DNA of 64,000 nucleotides, taken from assembly GCA_963843885.1 (NCBI GenBank), contig CAWJMJ010000015.1, positions 127,822 through 191,821 of the forward strand. The letters run 5' to 3'. The DNA is from an uncultured Acidobacteriota bacterium. GTDB taxonomy: Bacteria; Acidobacteriota; Vicinamibacteria; Vicinamibacterales; UBA2999. This document shows, piece by piece, positions 63,701-64,000 of this stretch; position 1 is the stretch's first letter, and each line of letters opens with the position of its first letter. The notes beneath the pieces were generated by a model. It saw nothing but the letters and a program-made list of their open reading frames with translations. It ran no database searches and was not told the origin of the DNA. A program made the position numbers and the translations under genes.

Positions 63701-64000
63701 ATAAATGTAGTCATTTTGACGAGTGATCAAAATCAAAAAAAGCGTATCGGGAAGTTTAAATCAGCACATAAATAGGTGCTCAATTGACGAAAATCAGTTT
63801 TTTTCGGTTTAGTAAATGTTTTCTTTATCTTCTAGGTAATTACCCTCCGAGTGTTTAAAAAAGCCATCACTCAATACGGAGTGGCAGGCATCTCACTTTC
63901 TAAACGAATGATTGTTCCTCGCTAGAGCGAAAAAATTTTTCGATCCCGCTAGAGCAAAAATTTTAATTAATCGATTCAAAAATGTTGTTAAGTGCTGTCC
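63701..64000. other. AT-rich (~35% GC) non-coding segment of foreign composition
   Basis: Hand count: 104 G+C in 300 nt, against 71 in the preceding 100 nt. No ORF is present. It contains a 7-bp IR ATTTTGA/TCAAAAT (63713-63719 / 63727-63733) and a direct repeat CGCTAGAGC(G)A5-6T4-5 at 63920 and 63947. Confidence 0.85.

Noticed and set aside
63920-63966. Possible CRISPR-like repeat (CGCTAGAGC...)
   Set aside because: There are only two copies with a 27-bp period, they are AT-tract-containing, and no cas genes are present. This is not a CRISPR array.

Overview
Roughly 70% GC (71 G+C in 63601-63700 by hand count), gene-dense chromosomal DNA. It is probably from an Acidobacteria-like soil bacterium, judged from an ADOP-type duplicated permease, many secreted peptidases and LPS genes. 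I support about 55 protein genes, mostly ordinary housekeeping and envelope functions: moxR-DUF58-batA operon, mreB, gdh, acnA, queG, typA, lpxB/lpxD, two S9 peptidases, DUF885, M49-like, M20, an M16 pair, matrixin, a PQQ dehydrogenase, GH36, a class A beta-lactamase, two ABC systems, and a zeaxanthin-type carotenoid cluster (crtE ... crtY-I-B-Z). I saw no rRNA, tRNA, CRISPR array, transposase or integrase, and I cannot point to a convincing new multi-gene system such as a defence island. Five things deserve a second look. (1) The right end is structurally abnormal: a ~1.45-kb foldback inverted duplication (60746-62200 vs 62254-63700, 53-bp loop, about 90% identity) runs straight into 300 bp of ~35% GC DNA. 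This is most simply a chimeric or foldback assembly end, but it needs read-level checking. (2) 1-nt indels cluster in patches that break moxR, terC, a nitrilase, typA, both M16 genes, lpxD and fadD, while long neighbouring genes are intact. Isolated single indels break crtI, the ADOP permease and a small secreted protein. Essential genes are hit, so consensus error is more likely than real decay. (3) A TAnnnT box lies 6-8 nt upstream of the start codon at about 14 operon-leading genes, which suggests leaderless mRNAs are the norm here. (4) An orphan RnfD/NqrB-fold membrane protein with a Cys-rich Sel1-like tail is translationally coupled to a secreted FGE-family protein. (5) A catalytically complete Tat-signal class A beta-lactamase overlaps the typA stop codon. 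All coordinates and motifs come from reading the sequence and the ORF track by hand. No database search was run.
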